A DNA stretch of 64,000 nt from Paraphysomonas bandaiensis (taxonomy: Eukaryota; Protista; Chrysophyceae), in contig CBFFRP010000433.1 of NCBI GenBank assembly GCA_965644295.1, forward strand, positions 62,001 through 126,000. The letters are read 5' to 3'. Positions 10,290 to 26,690 of the stretch are shown one piece after another; position 1 is the stretch's first letter; each line of letters opens with the position of its first letter. A program made the translations under genes and the position numbers. The notes below the pieces were generated by a model. That model worked only from the letters and a program-made list of their open reading frames with translations, was not told where the DNA came from and did no database searches.

Positions 10290-12149
10290 ATGGAGAATCA
10301 ATTATCATTTAATAGTGAACATCGTTTACGTTCAGAAAATTTAAGTTGGGATATTGATGTATGGTATCCTCTTGTATCTGAATATACATTTCAAACTATA
10401 TTCATTCCATTAACACGATCAGAAGCATATGCCATTAAAGCTTATCATGATATTTCATGGCGTAAAATACAAAAATCTTTTACAAAAAATGAAATCTTGA
10501 TATTAAAAAATCTTGAAATAAATATAAATAATACAATACAATCATATTTTAAACATGGAGCTTTTGTACGTCTATGTGGAAGGAGTCCTAAAGATGGGGA
10601 GCCACTACACAGGGAACATGTATTACCTGAATATGAATCTCATTTAGAAAGTTTGGTAAAATCAGGTATGGAGTTATCAAGTACTACAAAGATGATGGCT
10701 ATAGCAAGAACATCATGGTTGAAAGTTCATAGTGGTGCTGCGGTTATGTCCTTGTTACTTACATCGGAACGAGTATACGCAGACATTATCGACTGGTTAA
10801 GATTTGGAGAACCTGAGCAAGTGTGTCTCAGAGAGTTTGATAGCGATCTATCACTGGATAACGAATTCAGAGTGTTCATATGTGAGGACCGCATAACTGC
10901 AATATCTCAATATGACCACTATGCTCACTATCCTGGTCTTGAGGACAAAGTCTCCTTCTTGGCAACTGGTATTGAAAAGCTGTGGAAAGAAGTACACAAC
11001 AAAATAGGCGTGTCGAGTTACGTGATGGATGTGGGGTATCTACCTCGATCCGAAAAGTTTGTGGTTATAGAGTTCAGTCCATTTTTCCCGTGCACTGGAG
11101 CTGCGTTATTCAGCTGGAGCAAAGATGAAGATACTCTGTTGGGTCGCAAGCCTTTTGAATTTCGTATTAAAACCTCGACGTAAGTATAGCTACAAGTGAT
11201 ATATCACATTTTATGACACTTCACACATCTGCCAATGCAGTACTAAATACTTACCTGTTTATTTTATGGGTGCAGGGAAGTTCATCCTCAGTTAGACGAA
11301 TTAATTCAATGCAACTGGGAAGATAGATGGCGGACTCCGATTCCACGATATGATTCGCTATTCCTTCCAGGCTCTTCTATTTCCACTGAGTGGAGTGGTA
11401 CTATACGCAGACTATTGGCCCAAGTGCCAGCTTACGTGGGCCACTTTGTTCCACTTTCTTTCTCATTTGAAAATATATTCCAAAAAAATGCATCTGTGGT
11501 AAATAGTATTTCTTCTATATCTACTTTCGTGGCATCAATCGGCACCTGGGCATTTCACTACACATCATTGATCGGGCTTCGTGGTAAACTATACAACGAT
11601 CAGGGACATTTGCTATTCGTGTATGGCACACTAAAGAGAGGATTTCACTGGTCTGATAAGTATCTTCATCGAAGAGGAGAGGGCAGGGTAAACAATTTTA
11701 TTTCTCGAGCTGTCACCAGAGATATGCATCGACTGGTTGTAGGTAAATGTGGTGTGCCATATCTTTCTTTGGGCGTTGCCCAAGATGGAGTTTTTGGTTC
11801 TAGTGGAAATAGAGTTCGAGGCGAGCTGTGGTGTGTTTCATCTGAATGCTTACAAAATTTGGATGACTATGAAGGCATATCGAAGGACTACTACAGCAGG
11901 AAATCTATTTTCGTTTGTACTGAAGGGAAAGAAGAACCTGTAGAAGCGCAAGTTTACTGTATCAACTTTATTCCCTCTGAACTGTCATCAGAGCCATTTA
12001 TTGAAGAGTACACACTGGATATGCACAAAGAATTGTACAACCCCATTCAACATATTCAGGTAAAGCAATTAAGTTACATTCAAGCTCCATCTAGTTGGGG
12101 AAAGGTAAGATTCCCATCTGTTGTGGGAATGAATAACTCTATGACCTAG
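10290..12149 (+). CDS. Cdc123/R2K-type ATP-grasp domain fused to a gamma-glutamylcyclotransferase (GGACT/AIG2-like) domain; 2 exons (10290-11179, 11276-12149), about 587 aa
   Basis: Exon 1 has WYPL, FVRLCGRSPKD, LLLTSERV, EFRVFI, AISQY, VMDV and VIEFSPF..TGAALFSW (Cdc123/D123-like). Intron GTAAGT(11180)..TGCAG(11275) keeps the frame open into LFVYGTLKRG, GELW, LDDYEG and YSRK (GGCT fold). Confidence 0.88.
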
Positions 12150-12959
12150 ATTAGTGTGGGACTTTTTTGTTTAAGCTAATCCAATAAAAATGTTTACCAG
12201 TAGTTGCACTCATTTTTCATTCTGTACCCGAAATGAAATGCCTGATAGGCTGGAAGACGCCAACATATCACACTACTAATTGACGCACAAGCAAGCCTAC
12301 GGAATAACTCCTGAATACATGTATGTCGCATGTGGTAGTAAACTCACTAGAAGTATTATCTCAGGATTTCTGGTACATAACATAGGTACATGTGGCACCA
12401 TTGGCTTTGTGTTGATAGGTAACATGTTGTCCTTTTACACTTCTACTTTCAACTACCACTAGTTGTTTCAAATTTCAACATATTGGAGTCCTGAGGATCA
12501 AAGTAAATATTGTAGTTCATGGCGTTAAAACCAAACTATCAATTTTAAATAGAACCTGATATACATAGTATCTTACACTTGGAGAATAATGAGCATGGCA
12601 GTCGTGCGTTAGAGGAGATCATATCCTAGTGATATCAGACCTTTCAGATTTATGTTTAGTTAACCATCTGCTCGTTTCCTTGACAGTCATTTGCAGTACG
12701 CTTGAACGGGAATGATTTTAAGTAGATAATCCTTACTGAATAAAAATATTGCATAATATTATTAGATTATTCGTTGTTACTTGAAAGAAAGGTACTTCAA
12801 TGTGTGAAAAATACTGTATATGATAGAATATTCGATGCGCTATCTCTAAAACACTGTAATGATGTGATGAACTAACAAACGTGATTTTCAACACAATACG
12901 ATGCGTATGGCAGATGATTTATCACCAGCGACAGTTGTCTACTGGACTAAGATGATCTG

Positions 12960-13724
12960 TTACTTGTCATTTGACTGCTCCGTGTCGGATGACTTGTTTG
13001 CCATGTACGAAACAAATACATTCCAGAACAAAGCGGCCACATTAACCCATAGCACTTGGTACTGCACTGGAACATAAGCAAAGTTAACCATTTGGACAGG
13101 AGGCCAGAACATACAGTCCACCATAAAAGTGGGAAGAAAAATCTTGGATGTGTGCTCGCATGCCTCTTTCATGATGTGAGTCATGTTCTTTGAATTCTGC
13201 CCAGTCTCCATAGGAATCACTGTAGAACAAGTATGTCCAACATCACAAAGAGCTGATCTCCTGGAATTAAAAATTCGATACATATAGTGTTCAACATTAT
13301 CAGCCATGCCATATAGAAACCCATACGACACGAAGAAGGTTCCAAGATAAGCAGATCCGAACACAAACTGATCGAAAAATATCTTGGTGGCCAATACTTT
13401 CCCCTTACCGAATTTGGCCGTGTATTTGAATGAAGCTAATATCTTAGGAATTTTATCAACGGCATTATACCAACAATGAAATACCGGTCCACATAAAAAT
13501 GTCCCTAAGAGGAACATTACACCTGCCCTTTTAATATTAAATGGTGGGATAACATTCTTTTCAATCTTTGATACATATCTTTCAACTGATTGTGCAACAA
13601 TATCACCACATACAGCTAATGTTCCAGCTGTTAAACTTTTTGTTTTAATTGGATGAAGGCTTAAATATTTTGAATATGTATTACCAAAATGTGTAGCACC
13701 TTTTATAACTAATCTTAAAGGCAT
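12960..13724 (-). CDS. Mpv17/PMP22 family membrane protein
   Basis: HPIKTKSLTAG..GDIVAQ, GPVFHCWY, KIFFDQFVF, FWPPVQMVNFAYVP..YQVLWVN...FWN. First ATG at 13724; an upstream exon is possible. Confidence 0.93.
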   Translation of the reverse strand: MPLRLVIKGATHFGNTYSKYLSLHPIKTKSLTAGTLAVCGDIVAQSVERYVSKIEKNVIPPFNIKRAGVMFLLGTFLCGPVFHCWYNAVDKIPKILASFKYTAKFGKGKVLATKIFFDQFVFGSAYLGTFFVSYGFLYGMADNVEHYMYRIFNSRRSALCDVGHTCSTVIPMETGQNSKNMTHIMKEACEHTSKIFLPTFMVDCMFWPPVQMVNFAYVPVQYQVLWVNVAALFWNVFVSYMANKSSDTEQSNDK

Positions 13725-14602
13725 ACCTTTGGTGTCTATATGAATAAATAATATCACCTGATACAAATACAGGGAATATAGAGATTAGTAGTAGTTTCTT
13801 CTTCTTTTAATACTTAGTTTGATGTATAGATCTATATGGAAATAGAATATTGGCGAGTAGATGTATATATAGACTATAGAAATATCTGTATGTATATATA
13901 CATATAAAAACATCTGTTTTGTCCATTGGATGTGGACACTAAAAACATATGTATGTATATTCCAGATACGCTAAATGAATGGCAGATGTGACATAAAAGA
14001 TTCTGTTATAGAATATAGAAACTGAAAATTGATGGTAACCTCAACATTCATACGTACGATAATTCTGTCTGCGATCCAGCAGAATATGTCGATCCAGTAA
14101 AAAAATCCAGGCTTTTTTGATACATGTTGTTTTTTGACGAATATATTTCAGAGAAATAACGAAAAAAGGTCGATTTTTTTACTACGGAATTTTGATATCT
14201 ACCGTATGTAGTGTAGTTTCTAGAAATTGTCGTACGTATTGTATGACTAGAAAATTTGAATGGTGGTATGAAAACTCATGATTTTAATAAATAAAACTGT
14301 AGTTTTGTATTAATAAAACTATAAATCATGATTTTCATTCTTACAGACAGGTTCGCACTATGTACTGCTGTACACTAAGTGTCCATGAAGCGGTTGGATT
14401 TGCTTTGCAACATAATGGTGCAGTGTATTATCCATCTCATCCACCAGCAGTGCAATGCAATGCAGTGCAGTCGAGTGGGATCCTGTAGATATGACACATG
14501 AGAGATCTGACAGTATCTATAGAAAGACTATGATCTAACAATAATCTACTTACAATATAGGAAAAGATACTTTGCAGAAAAAATAGGGATAAGCATGCAC
14601 GT

Positions 14603-15631
14603 CAGGGCGGCGTAACAAATAATTGAAATTAAATAGCAAACACTTTCTTATTAGTAGCATTCCACAGAAGTCTGTTAAAGCGCAAGAACATAGGGGCCTC
14701 TAATCGATGAGGTGCCATAGATTGGCGCAGATTACTCAAGTTGATTTTTGCTCTACTGAAAAGCCTTTCTATACAATTACTACTGGAGTAAATATGCTTC
14801 AAGAAGCGATACTTAGTTGGTTTGGTAGTGCGTAGTCGCTTTTGTTCTTTGTTCGTTGAACTCATTGCCAAAATTGCACCTACCCAGGTCTCCTGCCAAC
14901 TCCAAAATCTTTGGAGCATGGTCAATATGGAACCCCATTGAGTGTTATTCCTCACAAAAGCATATGGCAAGTCATGTTTCCTCATGGTGTTTGTATTTTT
15001 CAGAGTGCGGAGCTGTTTACACAAGTTGGGTAAAAAACACCCTTGAAATGAATTCGGTTTTAAGTTGTCAGACACCTCTAGATTAATGATTCACACAATC
15101 TTGTAAATTATAGTGATGATATAACCGAGTATGAATATCTGAATATCCAGTTTTCCGACTGCAGAAAACAGTAAAAAGCCCTGATAATACCACGTCCATA
15201 CCGATGCACGTTCAATTCGTAGTGAACTTCAATCCTGAAGTATCCTGTAAGGCAGGATTGGCAAGAACGTAAGAATGTGATTGCCAAACTACTTTTTAGA
15301 TATATATATATCTTCTATATTCAAACTAGAAGGGCATTACGCATTACGCAAATACGCTATGAATCGAGCTAAACTTAGCCTTATAGCTCAAGGTCAAGAG
15401 GAAAGAAACGCAATTGACCGTTCAAACAAACAGTACCTCTCAAAATGTAAAGTAATTTATAATGAGAGGCCAACCTTCCCACCATTTTAATAGCCATAAT
15501 AATAGCCCTTAAGGGGGATGTCCTTATACTATAGAGTAAATAATTGTAATTTAATTACCAATGATATTAGCATTTAAATTTCAATTATTACGAATATTCC
15601 ATGCAATTCAATTACTAGTTACGCAGCCCTG
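14603..15631 (-). mobile_element. Non-autonomous/degenerate hAT DNA transposon with TIRs, 8-bp TSD and transposase remnant
   Basis: Left end CAGGGCGGCGTAACAAATAATTGAA; right end (reverse complement) CAGGGCTGCGTAACTAGTAATTGAA. Flanks are ATGCACGT (14595-14602) and ATGCACAT (15632-15639). The internal ORF 14629-15075 ends in SSNCIERLFSRAK...RQSMAPHRLEAPMFLRFNRLLW. Confidence 0.88.
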
Positions 15632-15888
15632 ATGCACATACTTATTGCCAGAGCTGTTGTAACAATGTTAATGAGCACATGCAGAAGCAAGGTCAATATT
15701 TAAGCTGGCATATAAAGGCAAATTTATACTAAAGTACAAATTCATTCCACTGCGTTAGAAGTATAAATGAAAATATTATGTTATCAACTATCTCACTATG
15801 ATCCATACTACTCGCACTGTTCAAACACTAGGTATTTAACACTGCTGCTGCAAATAAACAGTGATACTAAGCTTATACACGCAGCTGA

Positions 15889-18800
15889 TCAAAGTTTATA
15901 TGTTTGTCTAAGTTTCTGTGCTCGTTCATGATCTACATGGGCAGAAAGATGATCCACACAACTCCTCACACATGCCAAGTCTTCACCAGGAAGAATACTA
16001 AGTGTCATTTCAAACTTCGGAGTGGCCGCTAAACCCTCAAGAACAGTGAATGCTGATGCAGTGTTTGTACGCACCAAGTGATCACGCACAGATAGCAGCA
16101 TGGAGCTCAGCAAATCGGGCGAAACTGTTTCTTTGATAACCTTCTTAAAAGTGGATTTCTTAAATACAGTAAGGTACTCAGCAAACAGTTCTGAGCGGTT
16201 TTTGAGTCCCCTCCACACTCTCTCCAGTTCGTACACTGTTTTCGGGGGTTCAGTTGGCACTGTCGGGTTCTTGACGACAACTTTCTTGACAGGTTTTGGA
16301 GCGGATTTTGAAGAAGGTGATGGGCGTTCAGCAGGGGACACTTCTTCCACCGGAGGCGACTTGGGGCTAGCAGAAGAGGAAGAATCGGGAATTTTATCCG
16401 GAGTTTTCTCATTACCAGCAGACAACAACGACTTGTCTGGGCTCTTCATTTTCGTGGACCGAGCAACCATTCCGGTATTGTCAAGAGCTGGCGGTTCCGT
16501 CGCCTTTGTCACAGAAGCCGCAGCAGCAATCTTCTCTTTCTCCTCGTTCAACAACTTCGTCAAAATGGAGTGGACCTTGGTACGCTCAGCCTTGGCTTCT
16601 TTATTTGCTGGTTCGGCTGCAAGAATAGTATTTAGGTCCTCCAAAGCGGTCATTAAACTCTTTTTGTCGCCAAGACCCTTTCTGGCCATTGCACGACGAA
16701 ATAGAGCTTTCAAATTTGGCAGACGGGTACTTCTTTCAATAACAAAGCTGGAGTCCTTTTCGGCGTTGATATAGTCCGACATTTTCAAATAAGCCTGGGC
16801 CCGATTGTTGTAGAACAGAGTATTTGTAGGATCGAGATCGATCGCCTCCGAATACAGCTGAACAGCTAACGCGTAATTGTTGGCTTTCATCGCGTCGTTA
16901 CCAGCATTCTTCCTCACTAAACTCTCCGCAATTCCAGCTTCAGTCGCTTTTGACGGAGATCCCTCACTTTTACTATTAGCAGGTGTTGTATCTTGCTTCT
17001 TAGAGTCTACTCGGTCTTCATATTGTTGTATGGAATCCATCAATACGCGGGCTTCGCTATCGGTAGGATCCAGACGAAGAGCTGTAAGTCCCAATTCCTT
17101 CGCCTTCTCAATATTATTCTATAGAAAAAACATCATGTCATCACCAGAAAGAAACTATTCGTAGAAAAAGTGAAGCGTGAACAACATTTTAAAATAACGC
17201 ACTATCACAACACAAGCATACCATTCGAAGATAAATATCACCGCATCGAATAATTGCTTTGAAGTTATTTTTATCTAGTGTGAGAATCGAATGAAGAGTA
17301 TCCAAGGCCTTCTGCTGCTGATCTAGTGCGGTATACGCTGCTGCAAGCAGATGCTGTAAAGCGACTACTTTGTCTTGGTCCATATTAGTGCATTCACGTA
17401 ACTCAAGAGCTTTGAGTAAAGTACTAACTGCCTTCTCATATTTCCCGTTTTCAAGGAGGGATAGAGCTTCGTTGCGGTAGACTTCGACTGTCCATGCAGA
17501 AGGGGGGTCATCAGCTTGTACCGAGGTCGGTGTGACGTTGGCACTGTCATCGGCGGTAGCACTTGCCTCATCAAAAGACATCTCTTTCACATCTTCCTTC
17601 GGGGACCACTGCAATTCCAACAACAGCCGTTCTTGTGATTTTAAAGCCATTTCATTGGTTGGATCCAAAGCTAGCACACGCTTTATATCAGTCAATGCAC
17701 GCTCAAAGTCTTTGAGGGCTTCATATGCCATGGAACGACGGTACAAAGCCTTCAAGTTCGAGGGATCACGAACCAAAACCATGCCTGTATCAGCAATTGC
17801 ATCGGGATAATTCTAAAATTGATCATGTCAGTGTATGAAACTATGGAAATTATTATCCAATCGTCAATACTAATACAATTACACATACATATAAGACAAC
17901 CGGTACACAATTTTCACCTGTAACTTGATATGGGCTAACGCTCTATTAGAGTGAACTGCAGTTGACACTTGTCCAGCAGGACTGAGCCTCAACGATTCAT
18001 TGTAGGCCCCCAAAGCACCTAATACATCACCTTTTTGCATTAATAAGTTGCCCCGATCCTTCTCTGCAAGAGACTTCACTTCATCATCGTACTCTCTTTG
18101 ACTGTCTTCCTGCTCTTCAGCATCAGAACTTTCCTCGGCATCCGAATCCATGCTAATAGCAATTCGTGTAAATGTTTCTTCCTTCGGGTCAGAGGAGGCA
18201 GAGCCTTCGTTGGGTTCGGATGAATCATTCTCGTCATCATCGTCATCGCTCATTTCAATAGCTATTCGGGTAAACCCTGTGTCACCGGGTGCATCTCCCT
18301 TTGCTTCTTCGTCATCGCTTTCGTCTTCACTGTCGCTCTCAGCAATTTGAATTCTGGTATACTGCTGTTCTTCTTCATGCTGACCAACTTGAACAAGAAT
18401 ACCTTCTTGCTGTATAGTATACGCTTCCCTCGGCAGCAGTAACTGGTTCTGGGAGCTCACTGTTTTATAGGGTACAAAAATCTCAGACGCTTCATTTGAA
18501 GTTACTCTCGTCTCGCCATAATGCCGTCCTTCGACTTCAAAAAATTTGTCCTTGGCCTTCTTCAAAAGTTGAGACAACTCGGCGTTTTGTGGCTTCAATT
18601 CTAAGGCCTTCTGAAAGTCTTCAATGGCCTACAACCAGTCAGAGTTAATTTGAATAAACTCATATCGCATAAAATCGAAAATGTAATGCAGGTGATTGAA
18701 ACAACAGATAGCATTATACTAAAACGTTTGACAGCTCCAAGCAGATATATCATCAATTATTGCAGACTCAAATATAAGTTTTCATTAACTTACAAGTCCA

Positions 18801-19886
18801 GTTTTCCCCAATTTAAACCGTGCCAATCCTCGACGGGAGAGTGCTTTCACGTATGTCGGATCCAACTGCAGCGCCCGATCCGCATCTTCTTCTGCAGATT
18901 CGAGCTTGTTCAGTCGAATGCCAACCACTGCTCGATTAGCATACACTACTGCAGAGGCTGGAGAAGTGTTGTCCAGTGCGAGACTGCGGGAGTAAAAGAC
19001 ATAGGCCTCTTCATTCTCCCCTGCACGAAAGGATTCATTGCCCTTTTGCTTTTCACGGCCTATTGGAATTCTCAATTAGTCTAGAGTGTGCGCCATGCTA
19101 AGAAACCTACCTGCCATTGTTTGTCTCTGGAGTGTGGTCATATCCTGAGCTTTCATCTCTTCTCTAAATACATTGAGCTCTTCATGATGTCTTTGAGCGC
19201 GCTTACGGGCCGCCTCTTCGGCCTTCCTACGCCCTTCTTCACGGGCCAAACGTTTTTCTCTCTCAGCGGCAGTTTCCTCTTCTTCAAGCTTCTTCAGCTC
19301 AGCGTCCACATCGAACTTTTCCCACGCTGGAAAGTCATACCCTGATAAACGGGGTGCAGATTCCTTTTTCTGCTTGTCATCAGTGTCAGTAGAAGTCCTT
19401 TTCCCTTGTTGAGAAGGCATATCTAATTTCTCCACTTTAGTTCCACGAATTGGAGGTAGTGTTGACTTCTTCTTTGTCGAAACATTTTTTTCTTTTGATC
19501 GTAATTCTGCATCCATCTTTTGAATTTCACCTTCCCATTCATCAAGATCATGTCCAGCTTCAGCAATTTCTGTAGGTGTTACTTGTTGTTTCATACGTAA
19601 TATTCTTTTCTTTTCTTTTTCTGGTAATATTGATAATAATTTTTGTTCAGCTTTATCAGTTAACTGTGTATATATATATGTATAGTTAGAGTTAGTTATA
19701 TGTGTGTTGTTATATATAAAATCTTACATCTGGATAATGTCCTTCACGTCCTGATTGTAATACTTGTACAATAGCTTTGAGTTTTTCAATATCACTGCAT
19801 TTCTCTATATATGTATAGTCTAACATATCAATATCAACATGAACTTTTGATTCATTTGATATAAAAAATTCTCCTAATTCTGCCAT
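15889..19886 (-). CDS. SPAG1: SPAG1/RPAP3-like TPR co-chaperone (dynein arm assembly factor-like), multi-exon
   Basis: Exon 1 (19886-19728) LDYTYIEKCSDIEKLKAIVQVLQSGREGHYP resembles the SPAG1 N-terminus. Also has YDFPAWEKFDVDAE, several TPR triplets (EKQKGNESF, YANRA, YVKALSRRG, KALFRRAMA) and a C-terminal RPAP3_C-like domain (PPKTVYELERVWRGLK...PKFEMTLSIL). Confidence 0.85.
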
Positions 19887-20656
19887 GATATTATGAATTG
19901 AGATATCAATGTAAATATATAGTAAAGGAGGGTGATATGTATGGAGCTTATGGCATATATATATATATGTATGTATATCCATAAACAACAACATGATATG
20001 CATACATACATAGTACTGCTGCTGTATAGTGTATGTAAGTGTGTAGGTATACCTGGTATAGTATATACTGCTGTACGATGTACCGTGTAGGTGTAACTTC
20101 TCAAGTACCAACAGCAGCAGTATATACTTCTTGTATACATTGTATAATATGCTATTTTATGAAGGTTAAAAATTGATTTTCCCTACTTTTGAGTTTTTAT
20201 TTGAATGAAATTATGGATATTTACACGAAACAAAATAAATTGTATAAAGTAATACAGAAACAGAGCTGTCGAGTGTTGATGGATGACTGCTGTATATACA
20301 TACATGTACTGATGTACATGTACATGTATATATGGACAATATATACATACAGTACTGTACCTATGTACCTGTAGGGTGCGAATAGGCTATATAGATGTAC
20401 CTGCAGAGTGTTAATGGACGAGACATACAGACTACATGTACTGCTGTACATATATATGGACAATGGACAATGCAGCACCTATCTGTATACAGACATATAC
20501 ATATACATATACATATACATGTACCTGTAGAGTGTTAATGGACGAGGAGGCTACAGGAGTATCATATAAGACCATCCGCATATATATACATCCATCCATC
20601 TCACATATTAACCTACCATACAATCCACATACATAACTTGATATAATATCATTACA

Positions 20657-24238
<3,582 letters not shown>

Positions 24239-24723
24239 AGTGGGCATGTAGTCTAAGCTTGTTACAAAAAGGTAGACACGAATATTTGAAATAGATATTT
24301 TAGCCTTCTTTGCGAAGGTGTCTAGTGTGTAATAGTTTTGATTATATAATAACTCGTTGTAGTTCAGTTTTGAACTGTTTTGTTATAAATTTGCTAGCTA
24401 CCAGCGATTGTGAAAGAACTACTTGGTATGTATCGTGAGGTTCTATCGACTGTTGGAATATTATTTTACTGGATATTGTCTATTGTGATGTATTGATGTT
24501 TGTGTCCATGCTATGACTATCGCCCGCGAACTACATGTTACTTTCCAATAGCTTATAACATAAGTTAGAACTGATGCTGACGCCCAAATATATTATAGAA
24601 TTCATAGCACTTTGCATCACTATATATTACTATAATAATTCTATAAAACGTAAGCACATCAATCTATTCTGTTCCTCGATTAATCAATTACATCTATAAA
24701 ACGGCATTTCTGGATCTATGCTG

Positions 24724-26482
24724 TTACACCGTACGTGTAACAGGGTTGACGCAGCACGAATCCAACAGGGATTTCTTTCTCTCTCTACTGCTACGGGAAT
24801 AGCTAAGAATATTCTGCGCATTTTCACACCCACCGTGATCCCTCAAGTACCATTTATCAATTGATTTGAAGTTCTTCACCTGCGTTAGCAGAATGAGATA
24901 TTCATATGAAACACATAAACACATAGTACATCATACATCAGAAGGCGAGCGGTACCTTGTCTACGCTATTGGAAGTCCAACACATGTGAAATACGTATGG
25001 CTTAATTGCATGTGCCCTCAATTTCGCCATGTACCCTTTGCTGTGGTGAAACATCTTTCCAGATGGAAACTCAGTTGGGTCTAATATTTTAACGCTAAGT
25101 CCTACACTGTGGTGCGCTTCAGTTAAATATTTTGTCAGCGTACCCTGATGCGAATGAGTGTAATCAATTTCTGATGTGGAGTACAGCATTCTCTCCATGA
25201 GATAGAGAGTTTTCATATTGTATGTGAGGAAGTAGAAGCCTGAGTTTGCATAGAAGGGACTGAACCGAGGACTTCTAGCCCCATCATCCATGAAGGCTAC
25301 GTCATACGAGAGAGTATGGAGATAAGACATAGGGTCCCGAAACCAAACCAAGTCAGTGTCTTGAAACAAAACATTGAATCCTGCGGATAGGGCGATGTAA
25401 ACGGCGGTTACCTAAGAGTTACAAGTTTAGTCACAACAAAAAATAGTGAATCCACATAATAAATAGCTTGTCATGCAGATCGACGAACCTTTAGCCACAT
25501 CATTCTTCCAAATACTTTGTCTCCATATGACCCAGCGACTTTATTAGGCATTCTTGCTGCATCAGGTAAAAACATTGGAACTGCCCCCAGACTCTCTATA
25601 AGATCTACGTGCTCTCTCTGTCCCACAAATACGACTACAGATTTCAAATCGATCCCTTCCGCTGCACAGGAACATATGAAATTTAAAAGAAGATTTAGAA
25701 CACCTTCGTTGGCCACCATAATAGTGAGCGATCGTCGACCATTGGGATGAGTAAGTGTATGTGTATGGTTCATAGGGTCTCCAATTCGAGAAACGAATTC
25801 TGCTATAACCTTTTGACGATTTCTTAAGAAAGGATACAAATATTCTTCATCAGCAATGCGATTACTTTTGCGGGTATAGTCATTGATGAATTGGTTCGTT
25901 TTTCCTGAGGCAGTAGTTACATAATGTATCGCCACATAAGATACTATTAGAGCATACAATAATAGCAGAGAAGATATATATACATATCTCTACTTAGATA
26001 CACATATACCTAACTATACATTATCAAGCTCCAAGAAGACACATACCTGCAGTAACCCCCATTCGATGACTATGAAACCATGGACTCTGTTGTGATTCAT
26101 TTACCGATACAATAGCAACACATTTAGATGGTTGATTAGTACGTGAACCTGTACGTGTATGATATATTTCATTACAATAGATGGTATGATCAGATATATT
26201 ATTCCATTGATTTAAATGACTTAATATAAACTCTTGTTTAGTTATAGATGCAGGATGATATATATTAGAAAACACTTGTTCAACTATAGGAATATATGAG
26301 TTTAAATGATATTGATATGATTGAAACTGTTTATGAATTTGAGAAGATGACTGTGATAGTGTGGTATGATGACAAGAGTTTTGATATGATTGATGAGTGA
26401 AACCAATGATAAAACTAATTAAGAATGTAAAGAAACCTAATAGTATTTTTAATATGAATGATAAGGTGTATTTATATCCCAT
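24724..26482 (-). CDS. Type II membrane glycosyltransferase, nucleotide-diphospho-sugar transferase (GT77-like), multi-exon
   Basis: N-terminal transmembrane helix (ILKILLGFFTFLISFIIGF), LLLNFICSC, F..MMWLK, LFQDTDLVWFRDP (DxD motif), ANSGFYFL, FPSG, HMCWT. Confidence 0.88.
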
Positions 26483-26690
26483 TCTAGTGATATGATCAAT
26501 GGGTTCTAGTGAGAGATGGTTAATGAGAGATTATGTATGGTAGATTGAGGGGTATGTAGAGGGTGAAGAGAGTGGAGGGTGATTAGAGTCATAGGAGGGT
26601 TAGTAGGATGAGAGAGAAAGCAAAGAGGACTGCTGTTGCAGTTGATTGGTAGACATACTGACCTGTGCACACTTCATACTTACACACTTG

